This document shows positions 9,448-18,426 of a DNA stretch of 32,000 nt, piece by piece. Under the pieces are notes generated by a model that was not told the DNA's origin, did not search any database, and saw nothing but the letters and a program-made list of their open reading frames with translations. The first letter of the stretch is position 1; every line of letters begins with the position of its first letter. The position numbers were made by a program, and so were the translations under genes. Origin of the DNA: Candidatus Pelagibacter sp. HTCC7211 (GTDB lineage: Bacteria > Pseudomonadota > Alphaproteobacteria > Pelagibacterales > Pelagibacteraceae); the NCBI RefSeq assembly GCF_000155895.1, contig NZ_DS995298.1, positions 180,001 through 212,000 on the forward strand, written 5' to 3'.

Positions 9448-11001
9448 TCAATCTTTATAAACAATTTTTCTTGCAGACATAATTAATTCATCAGCTTCTT
9501 CTTTTGATAAAGCAAAATCCTCAAGATAACCTTGAATTTTAACTCTTTCACCTTTTACTACATCATATCCACCTGTTAGTTCATCAGATGCTAAGTCAGC
9601 AAAATCCTCTAAAGTTAAAATTTTTTGCTCACCTAATGTAACTAGCATTCCAGGAGTTAATCCTTTTAGATTTATTAAGCTATCCTGAAGACCTAATTCT
9701 TTAATTCTTTCTGAAATATCTTCTTGATCTTTTTGATGAAATTCTTTTGCTCTTTCTATTAAAGCTATTGCAGTATCTTCTTCAATTCCTTCTATCTTCA
9801 TTAAATTTTCTGCAGTGGTATCTTTAATATCATCAATTGAAGAGAAGCCTTCAGCAACCAATAATTGACCTAATGTTTCATCTAATTCCAAGTTCTTAAC
9901 AAAATTTTCTGTTTTTTCTTTAAACTCTACTTGTCTTCTTTCAGAGTCTTCTGCATCAGTCATGATATTAATTTCATAATTCAATAACTTAGTTGCTAGC
10001 CGAACGTTTTGACCTCTTCTTCCTATTGCTTTACTTAGATTTTCTTCAGTAAGTATTACATCTAATTTTTTCCTTTCAATATCTACATTTACTCTTTGAA
10101 CTTCCGCTGGTGATAGAGCGTTAGATACTAATATTGCAGGATCCTCAGACCAATTTACAATATCAATTTTTTCTCCCTGTAATTCATTTACAACAGCTTG
10201 AACTCTTGAACCTCTCATTCCAACACAAGCTCCAACGGGATCTAAAGAAGTATCTACTGCTTTAACACAAATTTTTGCTCTGCTACCTGGATCTCTTGAA
10301 GAAGATTTAATTTCAATTAAACCATCATATATCTCTGGAACTTCTTGAACAAAAAGCTTTTCCATAAATTTTGGATGTGCTCTTGATAAAAATATCTGCT
10401 GTCCTCTTGGTTCTCTTCTTACATCATAGCAATAAGCTTTAATTCTATCACCAGCTTTAATATTTTCTCTTGGTATCATTTCATTTTTTTGGATAATTGC
10501 TTCAGTTCTTCCAAGGTCAGCTATTACATTTCCAAATTCTAATCTCTTTACAATACCACTTAATATTGTATCTTTTTTGTCGATAAAGTCATTGTACTGT
10601 CTTTCTCTTTCAGCCTCTCTAACATTAAAACTTATTACTTGTTTTGCTGTCTGTGCAGCTATTCTTCCAAAATCAAATGATGGTAATGGTTGTAAAACTT
10701 CATCCCCAACAGCTTTATCTTTGTTAATTTCATTTAGAATAATTGCATCTTCTAATTTAATTTCTGTATTTGAATTTTCTGGATTTTCTGCAACAATTAA
10801 TTTTCTAAATATCTCTATATCACCACTGTCTCTATCAATAGAAACTTTAATTTCGTTGTCTTGACCAAATTTTGACTTTGCAGCTTTTGCAATGCCTGTT
10901 TCCATCGAACTAATGATAAGCTCTTTATCAATAGACTTTTCTAATGCTACAGCTTCTGCAATTCTTAATAATTCAAGTTTATCTGCTCTTTTATTTAACA
11001 T
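9448..11001 (-). CDS. nusA: Transcription termination/antitermination factor NusA (start moved to ATG 11001)
   Basis: It has S1 and two KH domains (GACVGMRGSRVQ, AIGRRGQNVRLA) and a C-terminal acidic repeat region. The track start at 11040 lies inside a terminator hairpin. ATG 11001 is preceded by GGAG at 11016-11013, and MLNKRADKLELLRIAEAV fits a NusA N-terminus. Confidence 0.95.
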   Translation of the reverse strand: MLNKRADKLELLRIAEAVALEKSIDKELIISSMETGIAKAAKSKFGQDNEIKVSIDRDSGDIEIFRKLIVAENPENSNTEIKLEDAIILNEINKDKAVGDEVLQPLPSFDFGRIAAQTAKQVISFNVREAERERQYNDFIDKKDTILSGIVKRLEFGNVIADLGRTEAIIQKNEMIPRENIKAGDRIKAYCYDVRREPRGQQIFLSRAHPKFMEKLFVQEVPEIYDGLIEIKSSSRDPGSRAKICVKAVDTSLDPVGACVGMRGSRVQAVVNELQGEKIDIVNWSEDPAILVSNALSPAEVQRVNVDIERKKLDVILTEENLSKAIGRRGQNVRLATKLLNYEINIMTDAEDSERRQVEFKEKTENFVKNLELDETLGQLLVAEGFSSIDDIKDTTAENLMKIEGIEEDTAIALIERAKEFHQKDQEDISERIKELGLQDSLINLKGLTPGMLVTLGEQKILTLEDFADLASDELTGGYDVVKGERVKIQGYLEDFALSKEEADELIMSARKIVYKD

Positions 11002-11016
11002 ATTTTTGTTAGCTCC

Positions 11017-11040
11017 AAAAAAAAATGGGCTAAAGCCCAT
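11017..11040 (-). terminator. Rho-independent terminator after metK, immediately 5' of the nusA ribosome-binding site
   Basis: The minus strand reads ATGGGC (11040-11035), TTTA, GCCCAT (11030-11025), then T8 (11024-11017). This is a perfect 6-bp stem, a 4-nt loop and a U-tract. Confidence 0.7.
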
Positions 11041-11065
11041 TTTGTAAATTCAATAATGTAAGGGG

Positions 11066-11093
11066 AATATAGTAAAAAAAAATTTTAATTCAA
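11066..11093 (-). promoter_or_regulatory. Candidate sigma70-type promoter upstream of the nusA leader hairpin
   Basis: The minus strand reads TTGAAT (11093-11088), then 16 nt, then TATATT (11071-11066). This is pattern only, and such matches are easy to get by chance in AT-rich DNA. Confidence 0.25.
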
Positions 11094-11099
11094 CAGAAA

Positions 11100-12269
11100 C
11101 TATTTAGAAAAAACATTAGTTTTATCTGTTTTTTCCCATGAAAATGAGCCGTCATTTTCTGGAACTCTACCAAAATGGCCATAAGCAGCTGTTTTTTCAT
11201 ATATTGGCTTATTTAAATTTAACATTTCTCTTATTCCTCTAGGGCTTAGATCAAAATTTTCATTTATCTTTTCTACTACAAATTTATTTTTTTCTAAATC
11301 GTTATCAAATAAATCTACATAAATTGATAAAGGCTTTGAAACTCCAATTGCATAAGCTAGTTGAATTAAACATTTATCAGATATTTTTGAAGCAACAACA
11401 TTTTTTGCAATATATCTAGCTGCGTAAGCTGCTGATCTATCCACCTTAGTTGGATCTTTTCCTGAGAAAGCTCCTCCTCCATGAGGGGCTGCACCACCAT
11501 AAGTATCAACTATAATTTTTCTTCCAGTTAAACCACAGTCTCCATCTGGACCACCAATTACAAAATTTCCTGTCGGATTAACATAGAATTCATCCTCATT
11601 AAAACCATCAATAAAATTTCCTGGAATAGAATTTAACATATATGGTCTTAATAAATCTCTAACTTGTGCTTGATTTATATCAGCTGAATGTTGAGAAGAT
11701 ATTACTACTGATTTAACTTTAGTAGGTTTTCCATCTACATATTCAAATGTAACCTGACTTTTACTATCCGGTTCTATATTTTTTAACTTTCCAGATTTTC
11801 TATCTTCAGCCATTAGCCTCAAAATTTTATGAGAGTAATGAATTGGGGCTGGCATTAAAACATCTGTTTCATTGCAAGCATATCCAAACATAATTCCTTG
11901 GTCTCCAGCTCCTTCATCCTTATTCCCTGATGAATCTACACCCATAGCAATATCTGAAGATTGTGAGTGAAGATGACATTCAATTTTTGTAGCATCTTTC
12001 CAAGTGAATCCATCTTGATCATAACCAATATCTTTTATACAGCTTCTTACTTTTTCAATTAAATCTTCTTTTTTAATTTCAGGCCCTCTTACTTCACCAG
12101 CTAGCACAACTTTATTAGTCGTTGTAAGAGTTTCACATGCAACTCTAGAAAACGGATCTCCAGATATATAACTATCTACCACCATATCTGAAATTCTATC
12201 GCTTACTTTATCTGGATGTCCTTCAGAAACCGACTCACTAGTGAATAGATAATTTTTTAAATTACTCAT
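11100..12269 (-). CDS. metK: S-adenosylmethionine synthetase
   Basis: 389 aa. Motifs are [22 protein letters not shown] and [19 protein letters not shown]. Confidence 0.97.
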   Translation of the reverse strand: MSNLKNYLFTSESVSEGHPDKVSDRISDMVVDSYISGDPFSRVACETLTTTNKVVLAGEVRGPEIKKEDLIEKVRSCIKDIGYDQDGFTWKDATKIECHLHSQSSDIAMGVDSSGNKDEGAGDQGIMFGYACNETDVLMPAPIHYSHKILRLMAEDRKSGKLKNIEPDSKSQVTFEYVDGKPTKVKSVVISSQHSADINQAQVRDLLRPYMLNSIPGNFIDGFNEDEFYVNPTGNFVIGGPDGDCGLTGRKIIVDTYGGAAPHGGGAFSGKDPTKVDRSAAYAARYIAKNVVASKISDKCLIQLAYAIGVSKPLSIYVDLFDNDLEKNKFVVEKINENFDLSPRGIREMLNLNKPIYEKTAAYGHFGRVPENDGSFSWEKTDKTNVFSK

Positions 12270-13806
12270 TTTTATTTCTATTAAATGAAATTATCAAAAA
12301 AATATACATTAAAATTAATATTCCAAAAATTTTATTACCATGTTGTGAGAATATCGTTGGTTGTATTTTTCTACTTTCATAAAAGTCTATATATCCTGAT
12401 TTTCCAAAATCAATCTTTTGTTCTATATCACCCAAAGGATTAATTATTGCTGCTATTCCATTATTTGCTGAACGTAATATATATTTACCACTTTCTATGC
12501 TTCGAAATATACTGTGAGCAAAGTGTTGTTTCGGTCCTACTGATTTACCAAACCATCCATCTTCAGAAATATTAATGATAAAATCAAAATTATTATCGTT
12601 AAATATTTTACCAGAATAAATAATTTCGTAACAAATTAGAGGTAAAAATTTTAATGAAAAATTTTTATTATTAATTTTTATGATATCTCTACTGTCTCCT
12701 TTAGAAAATGATTGATAATTGTTAGTAATTGACTTTAAACCAATTTTTTTAAGAACATTTTCAAAAGGTAAAAATTCTCCAAAAGGAACTAAATTAATTT
12801 TATTATAAAATTTAATTAATTTAAGATTATGATCGTAAATTGATAATGTATTATAAAAATTAATAACTTCTTGATCTTTAGATTTACTATTTATACCTAT
12901 GACTAAAAGGTGATTATCATTAAATCTTTCTTTAAATAGCCAATTATATGTAACTAATTCCTTTTGTAATATGTCTGGAAGAATTCCTTCTGGCCAAACA
13001 AAAATTGTTTTTTCCTCTTTTTTTGGATCACTTATTTCAATTAAATCCTTAATGACTGATGCTGAGTCAATGTCTTTATAAAATCTATCTAGGCTTATAT
13101 TAGATCCAATTATTCTTATCTTAAAAAAATTAGTGTCAATATCTGATGCTTTAAATTTATTTTCATAAGAAGAGCCATAAATATAAAAAATTGAAATCAT
13201 AATAATAAAAACTCCACTTACCAAAATATCTTTTTTTGTTTCTCTTAGAAAAAAAATTGCAGGACTTATGAACAAGGAAATACAAAATAAATTAAATCCA
13301 TAGGTTCCTATTATTGAGGTTATACTTATGATTTTTAATTGATTAGAAAAACTATAAGCGATTAAATTCCAAGGAAAACCAGTAAGAATAAAGCCTCTTA
13401 TGAATTCTATAATTCCAAAAATTAATGAAAAAAATAAGAATGAACTTATTAATTTCTTTTGTTTAAAAATGATAAAAAGATAGGTAATTACGCCATAAAA
13501 AATTGCTAAGAAGGCAGGAATCACAATTAACGCTATAGGAATTAAATATTTAAAACTTTCGTCAAAAGTGAGAGAAATAGTTACCCAGTAAATGTTAGAA
13601 ATGAAATATCCAAAGCCAAATAACCAGCCATATAAAAAGAAAAGTTTTTTATTATGGGTCGTTTTAGATCTTTTAATTAAAAAAATAAAAAAAAAACTAA
13701 GTGTAAAAAAATTTATAATTACATAATTGTAAGGAGGTAAACTAAGAGAAGTTACGATACCTAGTAAAATTAAAAATATTAACTCAATATAAAATTTTTT
13801 ATTCAA
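12262..13806 (-). CDS. lnt: Apolipoprotein N-acyltransferase
   Basis: 514 aa. The N-terminal half is polytopic membrane and the C-terminal half is a C-N hydrolase domain (VWPEG, PLICYE). The start appears to be TTG at 13806, with no in-frame ATG nearby. It overlaps metK by 8 nt. Confidence 0.88.
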   Translation of the reverse strand: MNKKFYIELIFLILLGIVTSLSLPPYNYVIINFFTLSFFFIFLIKRSKTTHNKKLFFLYGWLFGFGYFISNIYWVTISLTFDESFKYLIPIALIVIPAFLAIFYGVITYLFIIFKQKKLISSFLFFSLIFGIIEFIRGFILTGFPWNLIAYSFSNQLKIISITSIIGTYGFNLFCISLFISPAIFFLRETKKDILVSGVFIIMISIFYIYGSSYENKFKASDIDTNFFKIRIIGSNISLDRFYKDIDSASVIKDLIEISDPKKEEKTIFVWPEGILPDILQKELVTYNWLFKERFNDNHLLVIGINSKSKDQEVINFYNTLSIYDHNLKLIKFYNKINLVPFGEFLPFENVLKKIGLKSITNNYQSFSKGDSRDIIKINNKNFSLKFLPLICYEIIYSGKIFNDNNFDFIINISEDGWFGKSVGPKQHFAHSIFRSIESGKYILRSANNGIAAIINPLGDIEQKIDFGKSGYIDFYESRKIQPTIFSQHGNKIFGILILMYIFLIISFNRNKNE

Positions 13807-13807
13807 T

Positions 13808-14269
13808 TTAATTTTTTTTAGAAATTATCGATTTATATATTCTATTTTCTTCTCTTAACATATTTTTATAATCTTTATTTTTAATATGATCAAAGTTAAG
13901 CAGGTGTAAAAAACCATGAATAAATATTTTTATTACTTTATCTTGAAAACTTTTTAAGTTTTGAGTTCTTGGTTTATTCATAAAATTATAACTTATGATG
14001 ATGTCTCCAAGATAAGTTTTTTTACTAATTTTAATTTTATTATTGAATGGAAAAGACAAAATATCAGTGGATTTATTTTTATTTCTAAAATCTTTATTTA
14101 ATTTTTTAATACCTTTGTTGTTTGAAAGTAACAAAGTAAGACTAACTTCTTTATTTAAATATTGATATTTCTTTGGAAAAAGCTTGCAAAGATTATTAAA
14201 AAAAAACTTTTTTTTTCTTATTTTTTTTGACCACGCCCTCTCATCTGAGAGAACATCAATTTTAATCAT
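13808..14269 (-). CDS. ybeY: rRNA maturation endoribonuclease YbeY
   Basis: 153 aa with the zinc motif HGFLHLLNFDH. It sits in the canonical position after phoH/ybeZ. Confidence 0.88.
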   Translation of the reverse strand: MIKIDVLSDERAWSKKIRKKKFFFNNLCKLFPKKYQYLNKEVSLTLLLSNNKGIKKLNKDFRNKNKSTDILSFPFNNKIKISKKTYLGDIIISYNFMNKPRTQNLKSFQDKVIKIFIHGFLHLLNFDHIKNKDYKNMLREENRIYKSIISKKN

Positions 14270-15257
14270 TATTTGAGTAAGCTTTGACTATTTTTGAAAC
14301 TAGAGGATGTCTAACTACATCAGAATGATCAAAATCGACTACTGAGATTTCATTTAAATGACCCAGTAATTCTTTTGATCTAACTAAGCCAGACATATTT
14401 TTATTTGGTAAATCTATTTGTGTTGGGTCACCATTTACAACTATTTTTGAATTTTCTCCAATTCGAGTTAAGAACATTTTGATTTGAGTCTCAGTTGCAT
14501 TTTGAGACTCATCTAAAATAGCAAATGAATTTTTTAATGTTCTTCCTCTCATAAATGCCAAAGGTGCAATTTCAATATCACCAATTTCAATCATCCTTTG
14601 TATCTTTTCAAAATCAAATAAATCGTAAAGAGAGTCGTATAAAGGCCTTAAATAAGGATCTACTTTTTCCTTCATATCTCCAGGTAAAAAACCTAATCTC
14701 TCTCCAGCTTCAACTGCTGGTCTAGATAAAATTATTCTTTCGATTTTCTTTTCTAACAACATAGTAAGGCCCACAGCCACAGCTAAAAAAGTTTTTCCAG
14801 TTCCGGCTGGTCCAGCTGATATTATAATATCACTCTGTCTTAGTGCTCTAACATACTCTTTTTGCTTCTCAGATCTTGGTATAATAGATTTTTTTGGAGT
14901 TTTAATTATATCTGTTACATTATTATTTTTAACTTTTTCATTAATCATGAATTTATCTACAGATGAAACTATATCTTTATTTTCAATACTACCATTATTA
15001 ACATATTGATTAGCTAGAAATTGAATAGCATTTTTAACAATTTCATTTTTTTGAGGGTTAGATTTTATCAAAATAGAATTTCCTCTTGAATATAAGCTAG
15101 AGCCAGTGATATTTTCTAATTCTTTTAGATTTTTGTTAAATTCTCCAACAACACCCATCAATAAATCATTGTCATGAAAGATAACACTAAGTGAGTTATT
15201 GTCTGAATAAACAAATTTTAAAGAAGTTTCGATATTCTTTTTACTTAAACCGCTCAA
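14262..15257 (-). CDS. phoH: PhoH-like ATPase (YbeZ)
   Basis: 331 aa. Walker A is GPAGTGKT, and LDESQN and GDPTQIDLP are present. The start appears to be TTG at 15257. Confidence 0.9.
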   Translation of the reverse strand: MSGLSKKNIETSLKFVYSDNNSLSVIFHDNDLLMGVVGEFNKNLKELENITGSSLYSRGNSILIKSNPQKNEIVKNAIQFLANQYVNNGSIENKDIVSSVDKFMINEKVKNNNVTDIIKTPKKSIIPRSEKQKEYVRALRQSDIIISAGPAGTGKTFLAVAVGLTMLLEKKIERIILSRPAVEAGERLGFLPGDMKEKVDPYLRPLYDSLYDLFDFEKIQRMIEIGDIEIAPLAFMRGRTLKNSFAILDESQNATETQIKMFLTRIGENSKIVVNGDPTQIDLPNKNMSGLVRSKELLGHLNEISVVDFDHSDVVRHPLVSKIVKAYSNND

Positions 15258-15260
15258 TTT

Positions 15261-16589
15261 TTATGCCACCTTTTGATTAGAGTTATTAATAATTTCTCCA
15301 AATAATGTACTTCTGTTACTTTTAATAATTCTGACTGGCAAAATTTTTCCAATATCTTCTTTCTTACCATTAAAAATAACTGATGTCATATATTCTGACC
15401 TTCCAAAAACTTGTGTTTTATCATCGGTTAAATTTTCTACTAGAACATTAATTGTTTTATTTTCTAGGGATTTATTCATGTTAATTTGATTTTCAAATAA
15501 TTGATTTTGAATTATTTCTAATCTTTCCATAGATATTTTTTTATCAATTAATTCTAAATCTGCAGCTACTGTTCCAGGTCTTGGACTAAAAATAAATGAA
15601 AAAGAATTGATAAATTTAATTTTATTAATCAATTCAAAAGTTGCTTGAAAATCCTCTTCTTCTTCTCCTGGATAACCAATTATGAAATCACTTGAGAACT
15701 CTATATTGGGGTTAATATCTTTCAGTTTATCAAATATTTTGTGGTACTCACTTATGGTGTGTTTTCTATTCATGCGCTCTAAAATTTTATTTGATCCACT
15801 TTGTACTGGTAAGTGAACAAGAGGCATTAATTTTTTTGAACTTTTGTAAACTTTTATTAAATCATCAGACATATCCTTTGGATGTGAAGTGGTATATCTA
15901 ATTCTTTTTATTTGTGGGATTTTTTCTATTTCAAAAATTAGATTTGATAATTTATTTTGCTCATAACTATAAGCATTTACATTTTGTCCAAGCAAAACAA
16001 TTTCTTGTGCACCATTATCAGCTAAGTATTTTGCCTCATCTAATATTTGTTCAAGTGGTCTGGAATATTCTGGACCCCTAGTGTATGGCACTACACAAAA
16101 ATGACAAAATTTATCGCATCCCTCTTGTATAGTTAAAAATGATGAGATTTTTCCTGAGTCATTATTTATTTTATTCAGATAATCAAATTTAGATATCGCA
16201 TCAAATTCTGTTTCTTCTATTTTTTTCTTTTTTTCAATATGGTTTAAAATTGTATCATTTATTTTATGATAAGATTGAGGCCCTATAACTAAATCAATAT
16301 AAGGTTCCCTTTTAAGCATTTCTTGATTTTCTGCTTGAGCAACACAACCAGCTATAATTACAAGTGGTTTTTGTTTTGATCTAAAAATTTTTTTTACTCT
16401 TCCAATTTCATGATAAACTTTTTCTTTTGCCTTATCTCTTATATGGCACGTATTTAATAAATAACAATTTGCTTCTTCGTATTTTTCAGTTTTTTGAAAA
16501 CCAATTTTTTTAACAGAGTCATAAATTCTATTAGAGTCGTACTCATTCATTTGACAACCAAATGTTTTAATAAATATTTTTTGATTCAT
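15261..16589 (-). CDS. miaB: tRNA-2-methylthio-N6-dimethylallyladenosine synthase
   Basis: 442 aa. It has the N-terminal TFGCQMN motif, a radical-SAM CDKFCHFC motif and a C-terminal TRAM region. Confidence 0.93.
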   Translation of the reverse strand: MNQKIFIKTFGCQMNEYDSNRIYDSVKKIGFQKTEKYEEANCYLLNTCHIRDKAKEKVYHEIGRVKKIFRSKQKPLVIIAGCVAQAENQEMLKREPYIDLVIGPQSYHKINDTILNHIEKKKKIEETEFDAISKFDYLNKINNDSGKISSFLTIQEGCDKFCHFCVVPYTRGPEYSRPLEQILDEAKYLADNGAQEIVLLGQNVNAYSYEQNKLSNLIFEIEKIPQIKRIRYTTSHPKDMSDDLIKVYKSSKKLMPLVHLPVQSGSNKILERMNRKHTISEYHKIFDKLKDINPNIEFSSDFIIGYPGEEEEDFQATFELINKIKFINSFSFIFSPRPGTVAADLELIDKKISMERLEIIQNQLFENQINMNKSLENKTINVLVENLTDDKTQVFGRSEYMTSVIFNGKKEDIGKILPVRIIKSNRSTLFGEIINNSNQKVA

Positions 16590-16590
16590 T

Positions 16591-17022
16591 TTATTGGGAT
16601 TTTTTTTTTATCCCATATAATTCAAGCTTATGATCAACTAAAGTATAACCATGTTTTTCTGCAACTTTTTTTTGAAGTTTTTCAATTTCATCGTCCACAA
16701 ATTCTATTATTTCTCCAGTCTTGACGTCTATTAAATGATCATGATGACTTTCTATCATTGCTTCGTATCTAGCTTTACCACCTTTAAAATCGTGTTTTGC
16801 TAATATTCCAGCTTCTTCAAATATCTTTACTGTCCTATAGACAGTGGCAATACTAATCTTTGGATCAATTTTTGAAACTCTATTATACAATTCATCTACA
16901 TCTGGATGATCAGATTCACCATAAGCCTCTTTTGACTCTGATATGACTTGAGCTATTACTTTCCTTTGATCAGTTAATTTCACTCCTTTTGACAAACACT
17001 TTTGTTCAATTGTTTCAGACAT
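16591..17022 (-). CDS. fur: Ferric uptake regulator family protein (Fur/Mur type)
   Basis: 143 aa. It contains KLTDQRKVI, ISIATVYRTV and an HHDH metal-site motif. It has no CxxC pairs. Its position between tsaB and miaB is typical for alpha-proteobacterial fur, from recollection. Confidence 0.85.
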   Translation of the reverse strand: MSETIEQKCLSKGVKLTDQRKVIAQVISESKEAYGESDHPDVDELYNRVSKIDPKISIATVYRTVKIFEEAGILAKHDFKGGKARYEAMIESHHDHLIDVKTGEIIEFVDDEIEKLQKKVAEKHGYTLVDHKLELYGIKKKSQ

Positions 17023-17030
17023 ATTTAATT

Positions 17031-17417
17031 TTAACTTATATAAATGGGATTAATCAAATTTTTTTTTATTTTAAATTTATCACATAAATTAGGGATGTTT
17101 TCATAACTAATATTCTTTTCACCTTTAAAATCTTCAAAACTATAACAATAATAATCTATCTTTTTTGCAATATTGAAAGCTTTTACCACTGATAAGGAGT
17201 TTCTTATGCCTGCAAAGCTTCCTGGCCCTATATTGATGTAAATCTTACTAATATCATCTATTTTTAAACTTTTGGTTTTTAAGAAATCATCAATAATCAT
17301 GGTTAATTTTTCAAAATTAATTTTAGTATTATCGTAAGTAATATTATAAATATTCTTATTAGTAATGAGCATCAAAAATATTTTTTCATTAACAACATCA
17401 ATTATAAGTTTATTCAT
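17031..17417 (-). CDS. tsaB: Truncated TsaB-like protein (tRNA t6A37 synthesis, YeaZ family), about 128 aa
   Basis: The start MNKLIIDVV resembles the TsaB MRILAIDT start. IGPGSFAGIRNSLSVVKAF matches the TsaB GPGSFTG(V/L)RIG motif. The track start at 17468 is a TTG, and ATG 17417 is preferred. The protein is only about half the usual TsaB length. Confidence 0.6.
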   Translation of the reverse strand: MNKLIIDVVNEKIFLMLITNKNIYNITYDNTKINFEKLTMIIDDFLKTKSLKIDDISKIYINIGPGSFAGIRNSLSVVKAFNIAKKIDYYCYSFEDFKGEKNISYENIPNLCDKFKIKKNLINPIYIS

Positions 17418-18426
17418 TTTTATTTTATTTTCTAATCTAAGTTCTAATTCAGATGAAAATAATATCAAATATTATTCAAATGATGAGGGTATTTTATCAA
17501 TAATGTATCATCGTTTTAATGAGTCTAAGTATCCTTCAACAAATATTCAGATGGATATTTTTAAACAACAAATAGAGATAATCGAAGATTCTAATTATAA
17601 ATTTAATAACCCTAGCGAATTTGAAAAAATGTTTAGTACTCCAAAAATAAAAAAAGAAATACTTATAACTATTGATGACGCATTTCTTTCTTTTTATCAA
17701 GAAGCCTGGCCTTTTCTTAAAAAAAATAAAATTCCATTTATCTTATTCGTTTCAACCGAACCAGTTGGTAAAAGAGGATATATGACTTGGAGTCAAATAA
17801 GAGAGGTTGAGTCTGAAGATTTTGCTTTTATTGGTCATCATTCTCACACTCATGATTATTTAATTAATGAAACTAACGATCAATTTATTTCAGATATTGA
17901 GAAAGCTAACAAAATATTTTTAAAAGAATTGGGTTATATTCCAAATTTATTTTCCTACCCATTTGGTGAATATTCAAAATTTATGAGAAATTATATCTCT
18001 AAAAACTTTAAATTTGCTTTTGGACAACATTCAGGAGTAATAGATCTTAACAAAGACAAGTTCGAATTACCAAGGTTTCCAATTAACGAAAAATATGGAG
18101 AGCTAAAAAGATTTAAATCAATAATAAATTATTTTCCGTTAGAGTATAAAGAAATTTTTCCAAAGGAAAAATATTTATCTCAAGAAAATAATCCACCTAA
18201 ATTTGAAGTAAAATTTTTTAAAGAACAAAAAAAATTAGATAATATTAATTGTTACTCTAATGAAGGAAACAAATGGGAAAAATCAAAGACTAATTTTTCT
18301 AATTATACTTTAACTATTAAATTTAGAGAACCTTTTGTGCCAAGAAGAGGAAGAATAAATTGCTCTTTAAACGATAATGGTAAATGGAGATGGTTTGGTA
18401 TTCAATTTCCAATTAAAGAAAATTAA
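17365..18426 (+). CDS. Secreted polysaccharide deacetylase (NodB-homology / CE4 family) with an uncharacterised C-terminal region
   Basis: 353 aa. It has a signal-peptide-like N-terminus (MSIKNIFSLTTSIISLFIFILFSNLSS). NodB motifs are TIDDAF and HSHTHDYL. The C-terminal ~75 aa has two INCxxNxxGxKW repeats. Confidence 0.75.
   Translation: MSIKNIFSLTTSIISLFIFILFSNLSSNSDENNIKYYSNDEGILSIMYHRFNESKYPSTNIQMDIFKQQIEIIEDSNYKFNNPSEFEKMFSTPKIKKEILITIDDAFLSFYQEAWPFLKKNKIPFILFVSTEPVGKRGYMTWSQIREVESEDFAFIGHHSHTHDYLINETNDQFISDIEKANKIFLKELGYIPNLFSYPFGEYSKFMRNYISKNFKFAFGQHSGVIDLNKDKFELPRFPINEKYGELKRFKSIINYFPLEYKEIFPKEKYLSQENNPPKFEVKFFKEQKKLDNINCYSNEGNKWEKSKTNFSNYTLTIKFREPFVPRRGRINCSLNDNGKWRWFGIQFPIKEN

Noticed and set aside
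2570-10864. Antisense ORFs inside fabB, pnp, rpsO/rbfA, infB and nusA (e.g. 2570-2806, 4694-4948, 6719-7042, 8986-9363, 10577-10864)
   Set aside because: All are embedded opposite well-supported conserved genes. Their composition (S/L/F/I-rich) mirrors the sense-strand codon bias. I see no independent signals.
11002-11040. Longest-ORF start of nusA at 11040 (MGFSPFFFGANKN extension)
   Set aside because: The extension is encoded by the terminator hairpin and U-tract. ATG 11001 has a GGAG upstream and gives a normal NusA N-terminus.
12262-12300. Possible SAM riboswitch upstream of metK
   Set aside because: metK overlaps the lnt stop by 8 nt, so there is no leader in which an aptamer could reside.
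17418-17468. Track start of the tsaB-like ORF at 17468
   Set aside because: The codon is TTG. The extra 17 residues (ILFSSELELRLENKIK) have no counterpart in TsaB, and ATG 17417 matches the family N-terminus.
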